Source: a bacterium (GTDB lineage: Bacteria > Electryoneota > Electryoneia > Electryoneales > Electryoneaceae). From it: a stretch of 64,000 nucleotides of DNA. Below, one piece after another: positions 1 through 9,581 of this stretch. The stretch's first letter is position 1; the number at the start of each line of letters is the position of its first letter. Made by a program: the position numbers and the translations under genes. Below the pieces are notes generated by a model that had not been told where the DNA came from, did no database searches, and worked only from the letters and a program-made list of their open reading frames with translations. The DNA lies in contig CAXXKJ010000002.1 of assembly GCA_963675295.2 (NCBI GenBank), positions 928,001-992,000 of the forward strand, in the 5' to 3' direction.

Positions 1-1023
1 CAGAGCAGACCAGATGACCAGATAGGCGTTTGGGTCCACCATCTGCCCGGAGGTATCGCCCCACGGCAGCGTACCATCGGCAGCCACACGTTGCGCAAAG
101 ACCCCGTCGTTGTAGGAACCCCAGAGCAAGAAGGCTCCGCCCCAACCATCCGTGCACATGTTCAAGTCGCTCAGGGAATAGTCAACCGGTTCGCCAACGA
201 CCGGCGCGGTAGGATAATCCCACAAGGTGCCGTCGCCGTAAACCCGCTGCACCTGGATGCTCATATCCTCCATGATCGGCCGATCGACCCAGGCCGCAAA
301 CAGCCCGTCACCGTCATCCGCGACGAAGGCACACAGGTCCTCGGCATAGTCCAGCGGCTCAGCGTCCGGGCCGAGCATGTCGACACCGTAGTCGGTCCAC
401 GCGAAGGAACCGTCGCTGAGGACATGCTGCGCGATCGGGATCGCGGTTGCTTCCCATTGATCGGAGAGGATGTAGACGACGTACGCGCCGCCGTTTCCGT
501 CAGGCAGGAGCTGGATCTCATACTCGACGGAGGGGAAGTCGCCGCTGACGACGTGGACACCGTTCGCCGGCGGTTGTTCTTCGTCATGCCACAGCGGTTC
601 GCCGTCATTGTTGTATTTCTGGATGAACAGGTCGAGGTTGTACTCCGGACTCCAGTCCAGTTCATCCTGATAAAAACGTCGGTCGAGCCACAGCATAATC
701 CACCCGTCCTCAGCGTGAATCACCTGGACGGCGTCCTGGAAGTCGTACAGTTCGACGAGAGCAAGGCCATTGTCGGGCCACAACGGCTGTTGGTTCGCAT
801 CAATCAGCTGGCCGCGGATGTCGCGGGTACCGGTGCTTTCGTCACCCCAGACAACGAGCGACACACCGGCATCGCTGACGGCGACCTTCGGCTCTTCGAA
901 GCCGAGTTGACTCTGGTAGATCGGTGCGCCATTCGGCGTCGGCCAGACAAGGTCGGCGAATGCGGAAACGGTACAACAGGCAAGCAGCGTGGCAAGCAAA
1001 AGTAAACGCAAGCAGTTCATCAT
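1..1023 (-). CDS. Secreted repeat (beta-propeller-like) protein, paralog of 1421..4492; runs off the left edge of the window
   Basis: Not in the ORF track. Manual translation from ATG at 1023 gives MMNCLRLLLLATLLACCTVSAFADLVWP...SLVVWGDESTGTRDIRGQLIDANQQPLWPDNG...WHDEEQPPANGV, colinear with the neighbouring protein. Signal peptide; G-rich RBS upstream. Confidence 0.85.
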   Translation of the reverse strand, partial: MMNCLRLLLLATLLACCTVSAFADLVWPTPNGAPIYQSQLGFEEPKVAVSDAGVSLVVWGDESTGTRDIRGQLIDANQQPLWPDNGLALVELYDFQDAVQVIHAEDGWIMLWLDRRFYQDELDWSPEYNLDLFIQKYNNDGEPLWHDEEQPPANGVHVVSGDFPSVEYEIQLLPDGNGGAYVVYILSDQWEATAIPIAQHVLSDGSFAWTDYGVDMLGPDAEPLDYAEDLCAFVADDGDGLFAAWVDRPIMEDMSIQVQRVYGDGTLWDYPTAPVVGEPVDYSLSDLNMCTDGWGGAFLLWGSYNDGVFAQRVAADGTLPWGDTSGQMVDPNAYLVIWSAL

Positions 1024-1208
1024 CGCCCCCCAATCAATCGTTAGCAAGTGCGGGTGGTATGTCGTCCCCGGAAATGTGGGAATGCCCGGGCTGGATCTGG
1101 CGTATGATTGAGTAGTATCAATCTGGAAACTAACAATTCGAAACACCGAAAGTCACGGTTATCGTGCAGGAATGTGAAAAAATGTAACCAGGACTCCGCT
1201 TGCCTCCA

Positions 1209-1247
1209 CAAACAAAACCGCAAGCCCGGGACTGCAGGCTTGCGGTT
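1209..1247 (-). terminator. Rho-independent terminator downstream of 1421..4492
   Basis: AACCGCAAGCC (1216-1226) pairs with GGCTTGCGGTT (1237-1247); TTGTTTG follows on the minus strand. Confidence 0.7.
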
Positions 1248-1420
1248 GACAGCATGTTGCGAAGGAGGATGGCGATACCGCTGTTCCTGTGTCTGTGGCC
1301 TGTTCTACGTCTGTCACGAATTGCTGTAAGCCTCAGCCAGAGATACGACGGTTACTACCGCCCGTAATGTTTCTCACATCTCACATCACCAGTCACAAGA
1401 CTCAAGTCTCAGGACTGCTT

Positions 1421-4400
1421 TTACTTGAGCAGTACCAGCTTCTGCATCCGTATCGCACCGCCAGGCTGATTCACGCGCAAGAAGTACATTCCGCTGGCGA
1501 GGGCGGACGCGTCCACGGTCAGCGTGTGCCGTCCCGCGCTGAAGGGTTGGTCGGCGAGCGTCATCACCTCACGGCCAAGAATGTCGAACACCTGGGCCTT
1601 CAAGTGTGTCCGTTGCGGCAGGCTGACGTGGATCGACGTGGTCGCGTTGAACGGGTTCGGATACGGGGCAGACAGGGTCCACTGATCAGGCGTCTGGGTG
1701 GAACCGGGTTCGTCTATACCCATGAAACCGTCGTTGAGGCGTTGCGCCATCAGATTTCGGTACCGGGAATGAATGATCTCTTCACCGCCGGTTTCCCAGA
1801 AGACATACGCGCCACCGTCGGTATCTGAGCAGGTCAGCGGTTCGGAGAGATAGTAGGAACCACTGTGGAGTACCTTCGGGCCGTCGATGTACTGCACCGG
1901 GAATGTCCCGTCCGGCTTGATTCGCCGGTACTGAAGTTCCGTGTCAGGCAGATTTCTGGATTCCCAGACAACGTACAGTGAATTGTCCGGAAGGACGATG
2001 ATATCGGTTTCTTCAAGGTCACTGTTCCAGCCAGCCAGGCTCAGTGCCGGTCCTTCAGCAGGCAGCAGTTGAACCTCGCCGGATGAGTTGACACGTTGCA
2101 CGTGAACCAGCTCTTCCGCGCCGTAGTCAATGATGTAGGCCAACCACAGGTGATCATCGACGGTGGAAGCGACAGCTATATCACGAATAACGTCGGCCTC
2201 AATCAGCTGTAACGGTTCGTCGCCCCACAGCAGATCTCCTTCCGGCGTGATCACTTGCGCATCAATGGTATGGTACTGCGCTCCGTTCGAATTACGAATT
2301 GCGACCGCCACATTGTCGCCGAACGGTGCGGTTTCTATCCGTCTGCCATGATCCGGCGAAATGACGACCGCTTGATCCCAGTACAACGTTCCGTCTCTGC
2401 CGGCACGGTAGCATTCGAAGACATCTTCCGATGTGGAAACATAGGGGAGAAGCGACCCATCGCTGAACTCTTCCAGGCCCAACAAATAGTTGTCATTGTT
2501 CTCATCAGGAGCATTGATCGGGATGAAGTTGAGGTCACCTTGCGACCAGAGGGGTTCGCCCTCAGCGGTAAACCGCTGCATCCCGAGTCGCCGGTAAAAT
2601 TCACTGTTGACGTAATTGAAAAACAGAATCACTCCACCATCATCCGTGGCGGTCAGAGCGAATTTATTATCGCTAAAATACGGGCTTTCTACTTCGAACT
2701 GAATGCCGGTATCACCCCACAGCGGATCACCCGTAATCGTGGTTTTCTGCAGGTAATACTGTGGTGACCAGTTCGCGAGATCGATAACATGCACCGTCGT
2801 GATCACGGCATTGTCACTGGATGCCACACTGTGCAATTCTTCGAAAACGTATGGTTCCGGATCTGTGTTGGATGGCAGCCCCGGGAACAGGCTGACACCA
2901 TACTCGTCGAGGAGAGGCTCTCCGGACACCCGGTCAAGCGTCTGCATGACGGGGCTCTCATGGTAGGGAGATATGCGGGTGTCGAGCCAGGTGAAGCAGG
3001 GGGTCCCGTCCACAACGAAAACCTGCTGTTCTTTGAAGTAACTGCCTACGCCGGTAGTCAGATCCAGGCCTTCCACCGGGTAATACAGATCGTGGTTCTG
3101 CAGATCGTAGGATTGGAATCGTATCGATATGTGGCCGTCTGAACGGTAATCACTGACAGAAACCCGGTCACTCCCGGCAGGTGCGATGACAAGGTTCGTC
3201 ATTTGCACGGGTTCTTCGCAGATGAGGTGATCGGCTGCAATCGTACCGTTTTCTTCGACGTGAATCAATCGGCCGATCTGACCGCCGCCGTACAAATAGA
3301 CAACAGACCCGCCGTTCCCATCCACGCACGCATCTCTCGGTTCCAGGTAGTAGGACTGGGACAACACAATGCCGGCATCGCCCCAGTGCCGAATCAGCCC
3401 GGTTTCACCGCCAAACCGTTGAGCTCTGGGAAACAGGTCATTTTCTTGCAGGAAGTAGAGGATCGCGGTGTTGCCGGCAGCGGGAACCAATATCGGCTTG
3501 AACGCATGGACTGCAACAATCATCTCGCCTGTGTTGTTCCACGGCAGGGTTCCGTCAGCCGCAACTCGTTGGACATACACGTTTTCATCCTGTGTCCAGG
3601 CGACAAATGCCCCTCCAGCTCCATCCGTACACACATCAATCCGGTAGCAGTAGGCATCCTCATCGCTGATGAGCGGAGCCTCATCGTAAGTCCACAGGCT
3701 GCCATCCTCGTGGACACGTTGTGCGCGCACCTCGGTCTCAGTAGGGCTGGGTCGCGAAATCCAGGTAGCGATAAGGCCGTCACCGTCATCCGCGAGGAAC
3801 GCATCGATCTCCTCGATGAGCATCGGTTGCGGCTGCTCCGGACCGAGCAGGTTGACGCCGTAGTCGATCCAGCCGAATGAGCCGTCGCTCAGTACATGCT
3901 GCGCAATGGGGTCGGCGATTTCGAGGTCTTCGTCGATCAACGCGTACACGACATACGCGCCGCCGTTTTCGTCAGATACCAGTTGGATCGCGTAATCCTC
4001 GCCGGGGAAATTGCCATCCACGACAAAGACACCGTTCGCCGGCGGCTGCTCTTCGTCATGCCACTGCGGCTCACCGTTGTCGTTGAATTTCTGGATGTAC
4101 AGCTTGAGGATGCGTTCCGGCCTCCAGTCCACTCCGTCCGGGATGCGCTGATCCAGCCAGGCGACAATCCAGCCGTCGTCGCTGTGAACAACCGTGATTG
4201 GATTTTGAAATTCCGGCAAGTCGACCAGTGGCCGCCCATTCTCCTGCCAGACAGGTTGCTGATTCGGATCCATCAGCTGGCCGTAGATGTTCCGTTCCCC
4301 ATCCCGGTTATCACCCCAGACCACCAGACTGTAATCGTTATCCGCGCCCGCGATGCGGGTCAAGGGATCGGTCAGCTGCGGCTGGTAGACAACTTCGCCG

Positions 4401-4492
4401 TTTTCAGCCGGCCATACCGTATCGGCATTTGCAAAACCAGCAGTGAACAGGAGAACCAGCAGGAAGGAAAACATGCGTACAGATTTCATCAT
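1421..4492 (-). CDS. Large secreted repeat protein with T9SS type-A-like C-terminal sorting domain
   Basis: Signal peptide MMKSVRMFSFLLVLLFTAGFANA; recurring DGxGGAxVxW...AQRxxxDG...W repeats; C-terminus YPNPFNATTSI...LASGMYFLRV...KLVLLK. Start moved to ATG 4492, which has a GGGGG RBS. Confidence 0.85.
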   Translation of the reverse strand: MMKSVRMFSFLLVLLFTAGFANADTVWPAENGEVVYQPQLTDPLTRIAGADNDYSLVVWGDNRDGERNIYGQLMDPNQQPVWQENGRPLVDLPEFQNPITVVHSDDGWIVAWLDQRIPDGVDWRPERILKLYIQKFNDNGEPQWHDEEQPPANGVFVVDGNFPGEDYAIQLVSDENGGAYVVYALIDEDLEIADPIAQHVLSDGSFGWIDYGVNLLGPEQPQPMLIEEIDAFLADDGDGLIATWISRPSPTETEVRAQRVHEDGSLWTYDEAPLISDEDAYCYRIDVCTDGAGGAFVAWTQDENVYVQRVAADGTLPWNNTGEMIVAVHAFKPILVPAAGNTAILYFLQENDLFPRAQRFGGETGLIRHWGDAGIVLSQSYYLEPRDACVDGNGGSVVYLYGGGQIGRLIHVEENGTIAADHLICEEPVQMTNLVIAPAGSDRVSVSDYRSDGHISIRFQSYDLQNHDLYYPVEGLDLTTGVGSYFKEQQVFVVDGTPCFTWLDTRISPYHESPVMQTLDRVSGEPLLDEYGVSLFPGLPSNTDPEPYVFEELHSVASSDNAVITTVHVIDLANWSPQYYLQKTTITGDPLWGDTGIQFEVESPYFSDNKFALTATDDGGVILFFNYVNSEFYRRLGMQRFTAEGEPLWSQGDLNFIPINAPDENNDNYLLGLEEFSDGSLLPYVSTSEDVFECYRAGRDGTLYWDQAVVISPDHGRRIETAPFGDNVAVAIRNSNGAQYHTIDAQVITPEGDLLWGDEPLQLIEADVIRDIAVASTVDDHLWLAYIIDYGAEELVHVQRVNSSGEVQLLPAEGPALSLAGWNSDLEETDIIVLPDNSLYVVWESRNLPDTELQYRRIKPDGTFPVQYIDGPKVLHSGSYYLSEPLTCSDTDGGAYVFWETGGEEIIHSRYRNLMAQRLNDGFMGIDEPGSTQTPDQWTLSAPYPNPFNATTSIHVSLPQRTHLKAQVFDILGREVMTLADQPFSAGRHTLTVDASALASGMYFLRVNQPGGAIRMQKLVLLK

Positions 4493-4716
4493 CGCCCCCG
4501 AATCAAAGGTTGAACCGTGCAAACGTATATCAGTTTCAGACAGGAATACCTACGTGTAAATCAAACACATGATTGCTGGATTGTAAGCTACTACAATCAC
4601 AGTGCGAAGTACAGTATTATTGGACAACCATGTGAATTTTTGTGCTACTGGCTCGGAGCACCCTCTGGAAACAAAAGCACCGCACACTCGACGGATCGAA
4701 CCTGCGGTGTAATCGT

Positions 4717-4749
4717 AAAACACCCGCACCGGAATCCGATGCGGGCGTG
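4717..4749 (-). terminator. Probable terminator after the aminotransferase gene
   Basis: CCCGCA...TGCGGG stem with an A-tract on the + strand (T-tract on -). Confidence 0.5.
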
Positions 4750-4780
4750 AAGAATCAATCAGGGTAACTGATCGGCAACT

Positions 4781-5983
4781 TTAGCCGCGGAGTTCCTCGA
4801 GGCCGTCCTTGAGGCGTTGCAGGCCGGTCTGCAGGTCCTTGTCGGAGGCGGCGAAGCTGATGCGGATGAAGCCTTCCGCGCCGAACGCCGCGCCCGGAAC
4901 CAGCGCCATGTGCTTCTCTTCCAGCAGCCACTGGCAGAGGTCGATGTCGTTCTCGATTTTGTGGCCGTTGACCGTCTTTCCGAGGAACGCGGACACGTCC
5001 GGGAAGGCGTAAAACGCGCCATCCGGGGTCGGGCAGTGCACGCCATCGATCTGGTTCAGTGCGTCGACAACCATCTCGCGCCGTTTCGAAAACGCGTCGA
5101 TCATGGTGCGCATGGTGGCGTCTTCGCCGTTGCGCATCGCTTCCGCGGCGGCCTTCTGGCTGATGGAGCAGCAGGAGGATGTCATCTGCGACTGCAGCTT
5201 GGTGACGGCCTTCACAAGTTCCGGCGCGGCGGCGAGATAGCCGATCCGCCAGCCGGTCATCGCGAATGCTTTCGAAACGCCGTTGATCAGCACGGTTTTT
5301 TCGAACAGCCCATCCACCTGCGCGAAACTGAGATGCGACTCGCCGTCGTAGCGCAGCTTCTCGTAGATCTCATCGCTGATCACCCAGATGTCATGCTCGG
5401 CCAGCACCGCGCCGATTTCACGAATTTCGTCCGGCGTGTACGCCGCGCCGGTAGGGTTGCTCGGGTTGTTGACGATGATCGCCTTGGTTTTTGGCGTGAT
5501 CAGGCGGCGCAGCTCATCCAGATCGGGCCGGAAGTTGTTCTCACCCTTGCAGTGATACGGAACCGGCTCACCCTCGGCGATGCGGATCATCTCCGGGTAG
5601 CTGAGCCAGCCGGGGACGGGGTAGAGGACTTCGTCGCCCGGGTTGACGGCGGCGAGCAGGCTGCCGGTGAGCGCGTGCTTCGCGCCGGAGGTGACAACAA
5701 TCTGCGACGGATCGTACGTCAGCTGATTGTCGTTCTTCAGCTTGGTGACGATCGCCTCCCGCAGCTCGAGGATACCCTGGGCGGCGGTGTAGCGCGTAAA
5801 ATTGTTCTCGATGGCGGCCTGGCCGGCGGCCTTGATCGGGTCCGGCGTCGGGAAATCGGGTTCTCCGACGGACAGGTTAATCACGTCCACGCCTTCCGCA
5901 CGCATGCGGTTGGCGGTGGCGGTGATGACCAGGGTCTTCGACTCAGACAGGCATTTTGTCCGGTTCGCGAGGGCACGGCTCAT
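4781..5983 (-). CDS. aspC: Aspartate aminotransferase (PLP-dependent class I/II)
   Basis: GEPDF, NNPSNPTG, SDEIYE, SKAFAMTGWRIGY motifs. Confidence 0.9.
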   Translation of the reverse strand: MSRALANRTKCLSESKTLVITATANRMRAEGVDVINLSVGEPDFPTPDPIKAAGQAAIENNFTRYTAAQGILELREAIVTKLKNDNQLTYDPSQIVVTSGAKHALTGSLLAAVNPGDEVLYPVPGWLSYPEMIRIAEGEPVPYHCKGENNFRPDLDELRRLITPKTKAIIVNNPSNPTGAAYTPDEIREIGAVLAEHDIWVISDEIYEKLRYDGESHLSFAQVDGLFEKTVLINGVSKAFAMTGWRIGYLAAAPELVKAVTKLQSQMTSSCCSISQKAAAEAMRNGEDATMRTMIDAFSKRREMVVDALNQIDGVHCPTPDGAFYAFPDVSAFLGKTVNGHKIENDIDLCQWLLEEKHMALVPGAAFGAEGFIRISFAASDKDLQTGLQRLKDGLEELRG

Positions 5984-5985
5984 GA

Positions 5986-6975
5986 TTACTCCTGACTAGA
6001 AGCGACGACGCTGGAGATAGCGCTCAGTTTGACGATGTCGTCCGCGCTGCATCCGCGGCTGAGATCATAAAATGGTTTCGCGAGACCCTGCACGACCGGT
6101 CCGATCGCCTGGGCGTTGGCGAGACGCTGGGTCAGCTTGTAGCCGATGTTACCGGCGTTGAGATCCGGGAACACGAGCACGTTCGCATGGCCGGCGACCT
6201 TGCTGCCCGGGGCCTTCTTGCTGCCGACGGATTCGAGGATTGCGGCGTCCAGCTGCATCTCGCCGTCAATGGCGACACCCGGTGCGGCTGCCTGCGCAAG
6301 CTTCGTGGCTTCGATCACCTTGTCGGCGGCCGGGTGGGACGCGCTGCCCTTGGTCGAGAAGGAGAGCATCGCGACAATCGGGGTGGTGTCGGTCAGCGCC
6401 TTGTGCGTGGCAGCGGATGCAACGGCGATGGACGCGAGCTGCTGGGCGTCTGGATCGGGCACGATGGCGCAGTCGCCGAAGCTGAACACGCGGCCGTCCG
6501 GGATGACCATCATGAAGATGGACGAGACGATGTTGATGCCGGGTGCCATGCCGATGGCCTGGATCGCCGCACGCATCACGTCGCCGGTGGTGTGGGCCGC
6601 GCCGGTGACGCCGCCGTCCGCGTCGCCCATGCGCACCATCATCGCGCCGTAGTACAGCACGTCCTTCATGATTTCGCGCGCCTGTTCGAGGGTCATGCCC
6701 TTGTGCGCGCGGATTTTGGCGAACTCTTCCGCGTAGGCTTCACGCTTTTCCGACGATTCCGGGCAGATCATGGTGATGCCGGCGACATTGTTCACGCCGG
6801 CGTCCTTCATTGCCTGTTCGCAGTCGCCGTCGGTTCCGAGAATGATCGGAACAGCAATCGCTTCGTCCGCAATCGTGCGGGCGGCAGTCCATGTACGAGG
6901 GTCGTTGCCCTCGGGCAGAACGATGGTCCGGGGGGTTTGCTTGGCTCGTTCAATGATGCGCTGGATCGGGTCCAT
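5986..6975 (-). CDS. pta: Phosphate acetyltransferase
   Basis: IVLPEGND.R, MLSFSTKGS, DGEMQLDAA, FPDLNAGNIGYKL, DLSRGCS; start set at ATG 6975 (MDPIQRII). Confidence 0.93.
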   Translation of the reverse strand: MDPIQRIIERAKQTPRTIVLPEGNDPRTWTAARTIADEAIAVPIILGTDGDCEQAMKDAGVNNVAGITMICPESSEKREAYAEEFAKIRAHKGMTLEQAREIMKDVLYYGAMMVRMGDADGGVTGAAHTTGDVMRAAIQAIGMAPGINIVSSIFMMVIPDGRVFSFGDCAIVPDPDAQQLASIAVASAATHKALTDTTPIVAMLSFSTKGSASHPAADKVIEATKLAQAAAPGVAIDGEMQLDAAILESVGSKKAPGSKVAGHANVLVFPDLNAGNIGYKLTQRLANAQAIGPVVQGLAKPFYDLSRGCSADDIVKLSAISSVVASSQE

Positions 6976-6982
6976 CGTAACG

Positions 6983-7492
6983 TCACTCCACTTCAGGGTT
7001 GTTGTATTTCGCGATAAGCCGGCGTTCCACACCCGCCGGGACAAAGCGTTTGATGTCGCCACCATGCCGAGCGACGTTCTTGATGATCGACGAGCTGAGG
7101 TAGGTGTACTCGTCCTTCGGCATCAGGTAGACGGTGTGCAGATGGCTGTTCAGGTGCCGGTTCATCAGCGCCATCTGGAACTCGTACTCGAAGTCCGAGA
7201 CGGCTCGCAGGCCACGGATCAGTGCGATCGCGCCCAGTTCCCGGGCGTAATCGACGATCAGCCCATCAAACGTTTCCACCTTGACCTGGCCGTTCAGCCC
7301 CTTCTCCTGCAACGCTTCCTTGATCATCTCGAGCCGCTCGGCAGCCGGGAACATCGGTGCCTTGGCGGGGTTGGCCGCGATGCAGATCACGATCCTGTCG
7401 AACAGGTCGATACCACGGCGCAGAATGTCGAGGTGGCCGTTGGTAATCGGGTCGAAGGTACCCGGATAGACGACAATCTTCTCAGAATTCAT
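6983..7492 (-). CDS. coaD: Pantetheine-phosphate adenylyltransferase
   Basis: YPGTFDPITNGHLDI, RGLRAVSDFEYE, SSS motifs. Confidence 0.96.
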   Translation of the reverse strand: MNSEKIVVYPGTFDPITNGHLDILRRGIDLFDRIVICIAANPAKAPMFPAAERLEMIKEALQEKGLNGQVKVETFDGLIVDYARELGAIALIRGLRAVSDFEYEFQMALMNRHLNSHLHTVYLMPKDEYTYLSSSIIKNVARHGGDIKRFVPAGVERRLIAKYNNPEVE

Positions 7493-7785
7493 CGGACGCC
7501 TGTGTTGCCGGAGAAAGACTCATCCCGGCCCACATCAGCCGGAGCGGAAATATAGCCGGAGTATGGCGTTTGGACAAGCCTCTGCGTGAACCGTTTCACA
7601 ACGTTTGCACAGCCGGGCAAGAAGCTGCCTATAAAATCCTAAATACTTAGTATCCTGGTGATGGTAAACGCTTGTAACCAGCATAGGGGACATGTGCTGG
7701 ACCTCGAAGTACCGCCGAAAGAAGGGGGTCCGGCGGGAGAATTCTTAGCTCTAACTAAACTCATATCAGCAGGTTAGCCGCGAGT

Positions 7786-7814
7786 GCAACCGAAGCCAGT
7801 GACGACGCGTGTAA
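7786..7814 (+). promoter_or_regulatory. Possible ECF-sigma promoter upstream of msrB
   Basis: GCAACC-N16-CGTGTAA matches the generic ECF AAC/CGT pattern. Confidence 0.35.
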
Positions 7815-7947
7815 CAAGGGAGAGAGCAGGAGAGACGGGGGTTCTCATTCGGCGAAACTTGATATTGCAGTTTGCAGTATAAGAGTTAGATTTACCTAAG
7901 AGTCACGCCGGTACGTCTCAAGTACCCTGGCACTGAACACGGAGGTA

Positions 7948-8517
7948 GTGATGCAACCAGACATCATGCTTCCAGACGAGCACAACGAGCTGTGGGGGCG
8001 CTTGTGGCGGCGAATGGTCTTTCTGATTGTGTGTGGATTGGCTTTTTCCCCGTTGCTGGTATCCTGCATGGTGAGTGCTCCGCTGGCACAAGACAACACG
8101 GGACCGAAACCGATGCCTGAACGCAAGGCCGCCGAGGAATTCAAGGACCAGCTGACGCCGGAGCAGTATTATGTCTGCTTCGAAGAAGGCACGGAACGCG
8201 CATTCACCGGCAAGTACTGGGACACGAAGACTCCGGGCACGTATCACTGTGTCGCGTGTGGCGCGGAACTGTTCCGCTCGGATGACAAGTACGACAGCGG
8301 TAGCGGCTGGCCGAGTTTCACGCAGCCGTCGGTGAACGACAACGTCGGCTACTCCGAGGACAAAACGTTGTTCATGGTCCGCACTGAGGTGCACTGTTCG
8401 AACTGTGAGGCACACCTGGGCCATGTCTTCGACGACGGTCCGGCCCCGACGGGCAAACGCTACTGCGTCAACTCCGCGGCGCTGAATCTGGTCCCGGATG
8501 AAGGCACGGATGAGTAG
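7948..8517 (+). CDS. msrB: Peptide-methionine (R)-S-oxide reductase, with N-terminal hydrophobic/export segment
   Basis: GTERAF, CVACG, SGSGWPSF, RTEVHC..C..HLGHVFDDGP.PTGKRYCVNS; GGAGG RBS. Confidence 0.95.
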   Translation: MMQPDIMLPDEHNELWGRLWRRMVFLIVCGLAFSPLLVSCMVSAPLAQDNTGPKPMPERKAAEEFKDQLTPEQYYVCFEEGTERAFTGKYWDTKTPGTYHCVACGAELFRSDDKYDSGSGWPSFTQPSVNDNVGYSEDKTLFMVRTEVHCSNCEAHLGHVFDDGPAPTGKRYCVNSAALNLVPDEGTDE

Positions 8518-8576
8518 CCGGACAAAACAGTAAACCCAATAGCCCGGGTGGCTTCCCTCCACCTGATGCTACAAGA

Positions 8577-8609
8577 AAACCCCCGGTCACGCGTTGTGGC
8601 CGGGGGTTT
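8577..8609. terminator. Bidirectional terminator between convergent genes
   Basis: AAACCCCCGGTCAC pairs with GTGGCCGGGGGTTT. Confidence 0.75.
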
Positions 8610-8636
8610 GATATGTGACAGGTTGCGGTCAGGCGA

Positions 8637-9581
8637 TCAGCCCATGTGCTGCGCCTGTACCTGCTGCTCACCTTCTTCCTTCATCTTCAGATCGTCAGCG
8701 GACTGGAAGATCTGGTTGTAGATGCCTTCGAACAGCACGTACACCGTCGGCTCGTTGGCATACTTGACGAAGTAGCGGCGTTCGTTGTTCGGATCGAGGT
8801 AGAAGCTGAGGTCGAGACGGCTGCCGTTGTCGATGCTGATCTTGACCGTGTTGTCCGGCTTGTCGAAGTCGATGGAGGCGTATTCCTCCTCGGTCGGGAA
8901 GGCCGAGGTCCGCAACCGAGCGATCTGCGACTGCAGGCGTGTCGCGGCGGCGTCGTCGACCGGCGTAACCTCACCCTTGACGGTGAATGTCCACGCGCCG
9001 TCATTACGTGCGAGGTTCCACTCGTCGGTTTCAATCCCGACGACCTGGTGCTGCTGGTATGGGAACATCTCCTTGTCGCGCCAGTTCTCGACATTCCGGC
9101 TCAACTGCATCTTGTAGGTGCCGTTGATGAGGTACACGTTCGGCTTGTCCGCGTAGCGCGCGTAGCTCTGGCGGTAGGATTCGGCCGCCTTGCCGAGCAC
9201 GACGCTGCTAACCTTCTCACCCTGACGGATGGTGAGGGAGACGCCGGCGGTGTCGAGTTCGAACTCGGGCCAGCGGTCCTGCTTGCTGGTTACCTCGGAT
9301 TCGATCCGCATCTCGCCCAGTTTTTCGAGCAACTGGGAGACGTACCGCCGGTTGGCGCGGTAGTTGATCGGGTTGGTGATGTCCCACGACCCGTCATCGC
9401 GATGGGTCAGGGTAATTGTCGAACCGCCGTTCATGATTTCCAGTTCGGAAATCTTCGTGGTGTCGACATCAACGAGGTAGTTTTCCTCGGCTGTGGGCAC
9501 ACTGGACTGGTCCATCAGGACGAAAATCACCCAGAGGACGAGGACCACACCAACGAGGATGAGTAGCTGTTTCATCTTCAT
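8637..9581 (-). CDS. DUF4340-like membrane-anchored protein
   Basis: N-terminal TM segment; W.ITNP...A, YAR....VYLI, L......WRDK pattern; last gene of the Gld-like ABC operon. Confidence 0.75.
   Translation of the reverse strand: MKMKQLLILVGVVLVLWVIFVLMDQSSVPTAEENYLVDVDTTKISELEIMNGGSTITLTHRDDGSWDITNPINYRANRRYVSQLLEKLGEMRIESEVTSKQDRWPEFELDTAGVSLTIRQGEKVSSVVLGKAAESYRQSYARYADKPNVYLINGTYKMQLSRNVENWRDKEMFPYQQHQVVGIETDEWNLARNDGAWTFTVKGEVTPVDDAAATRLQSQIARLRTSAFPTEEEYASIDFDKPDNTVKISIDNGSRLDLSFYLDPNNERRYFVKYANEPTVYVLFEGIYNQIFQSADDLKMKEEGEQQVQAQHMG

Noticed and set aside
7585-7600. CRP-like site CGTGA-N6-TCACA upstream of coaD
   Set aside because: Single imperfect match with no supporting regulator or second copy.
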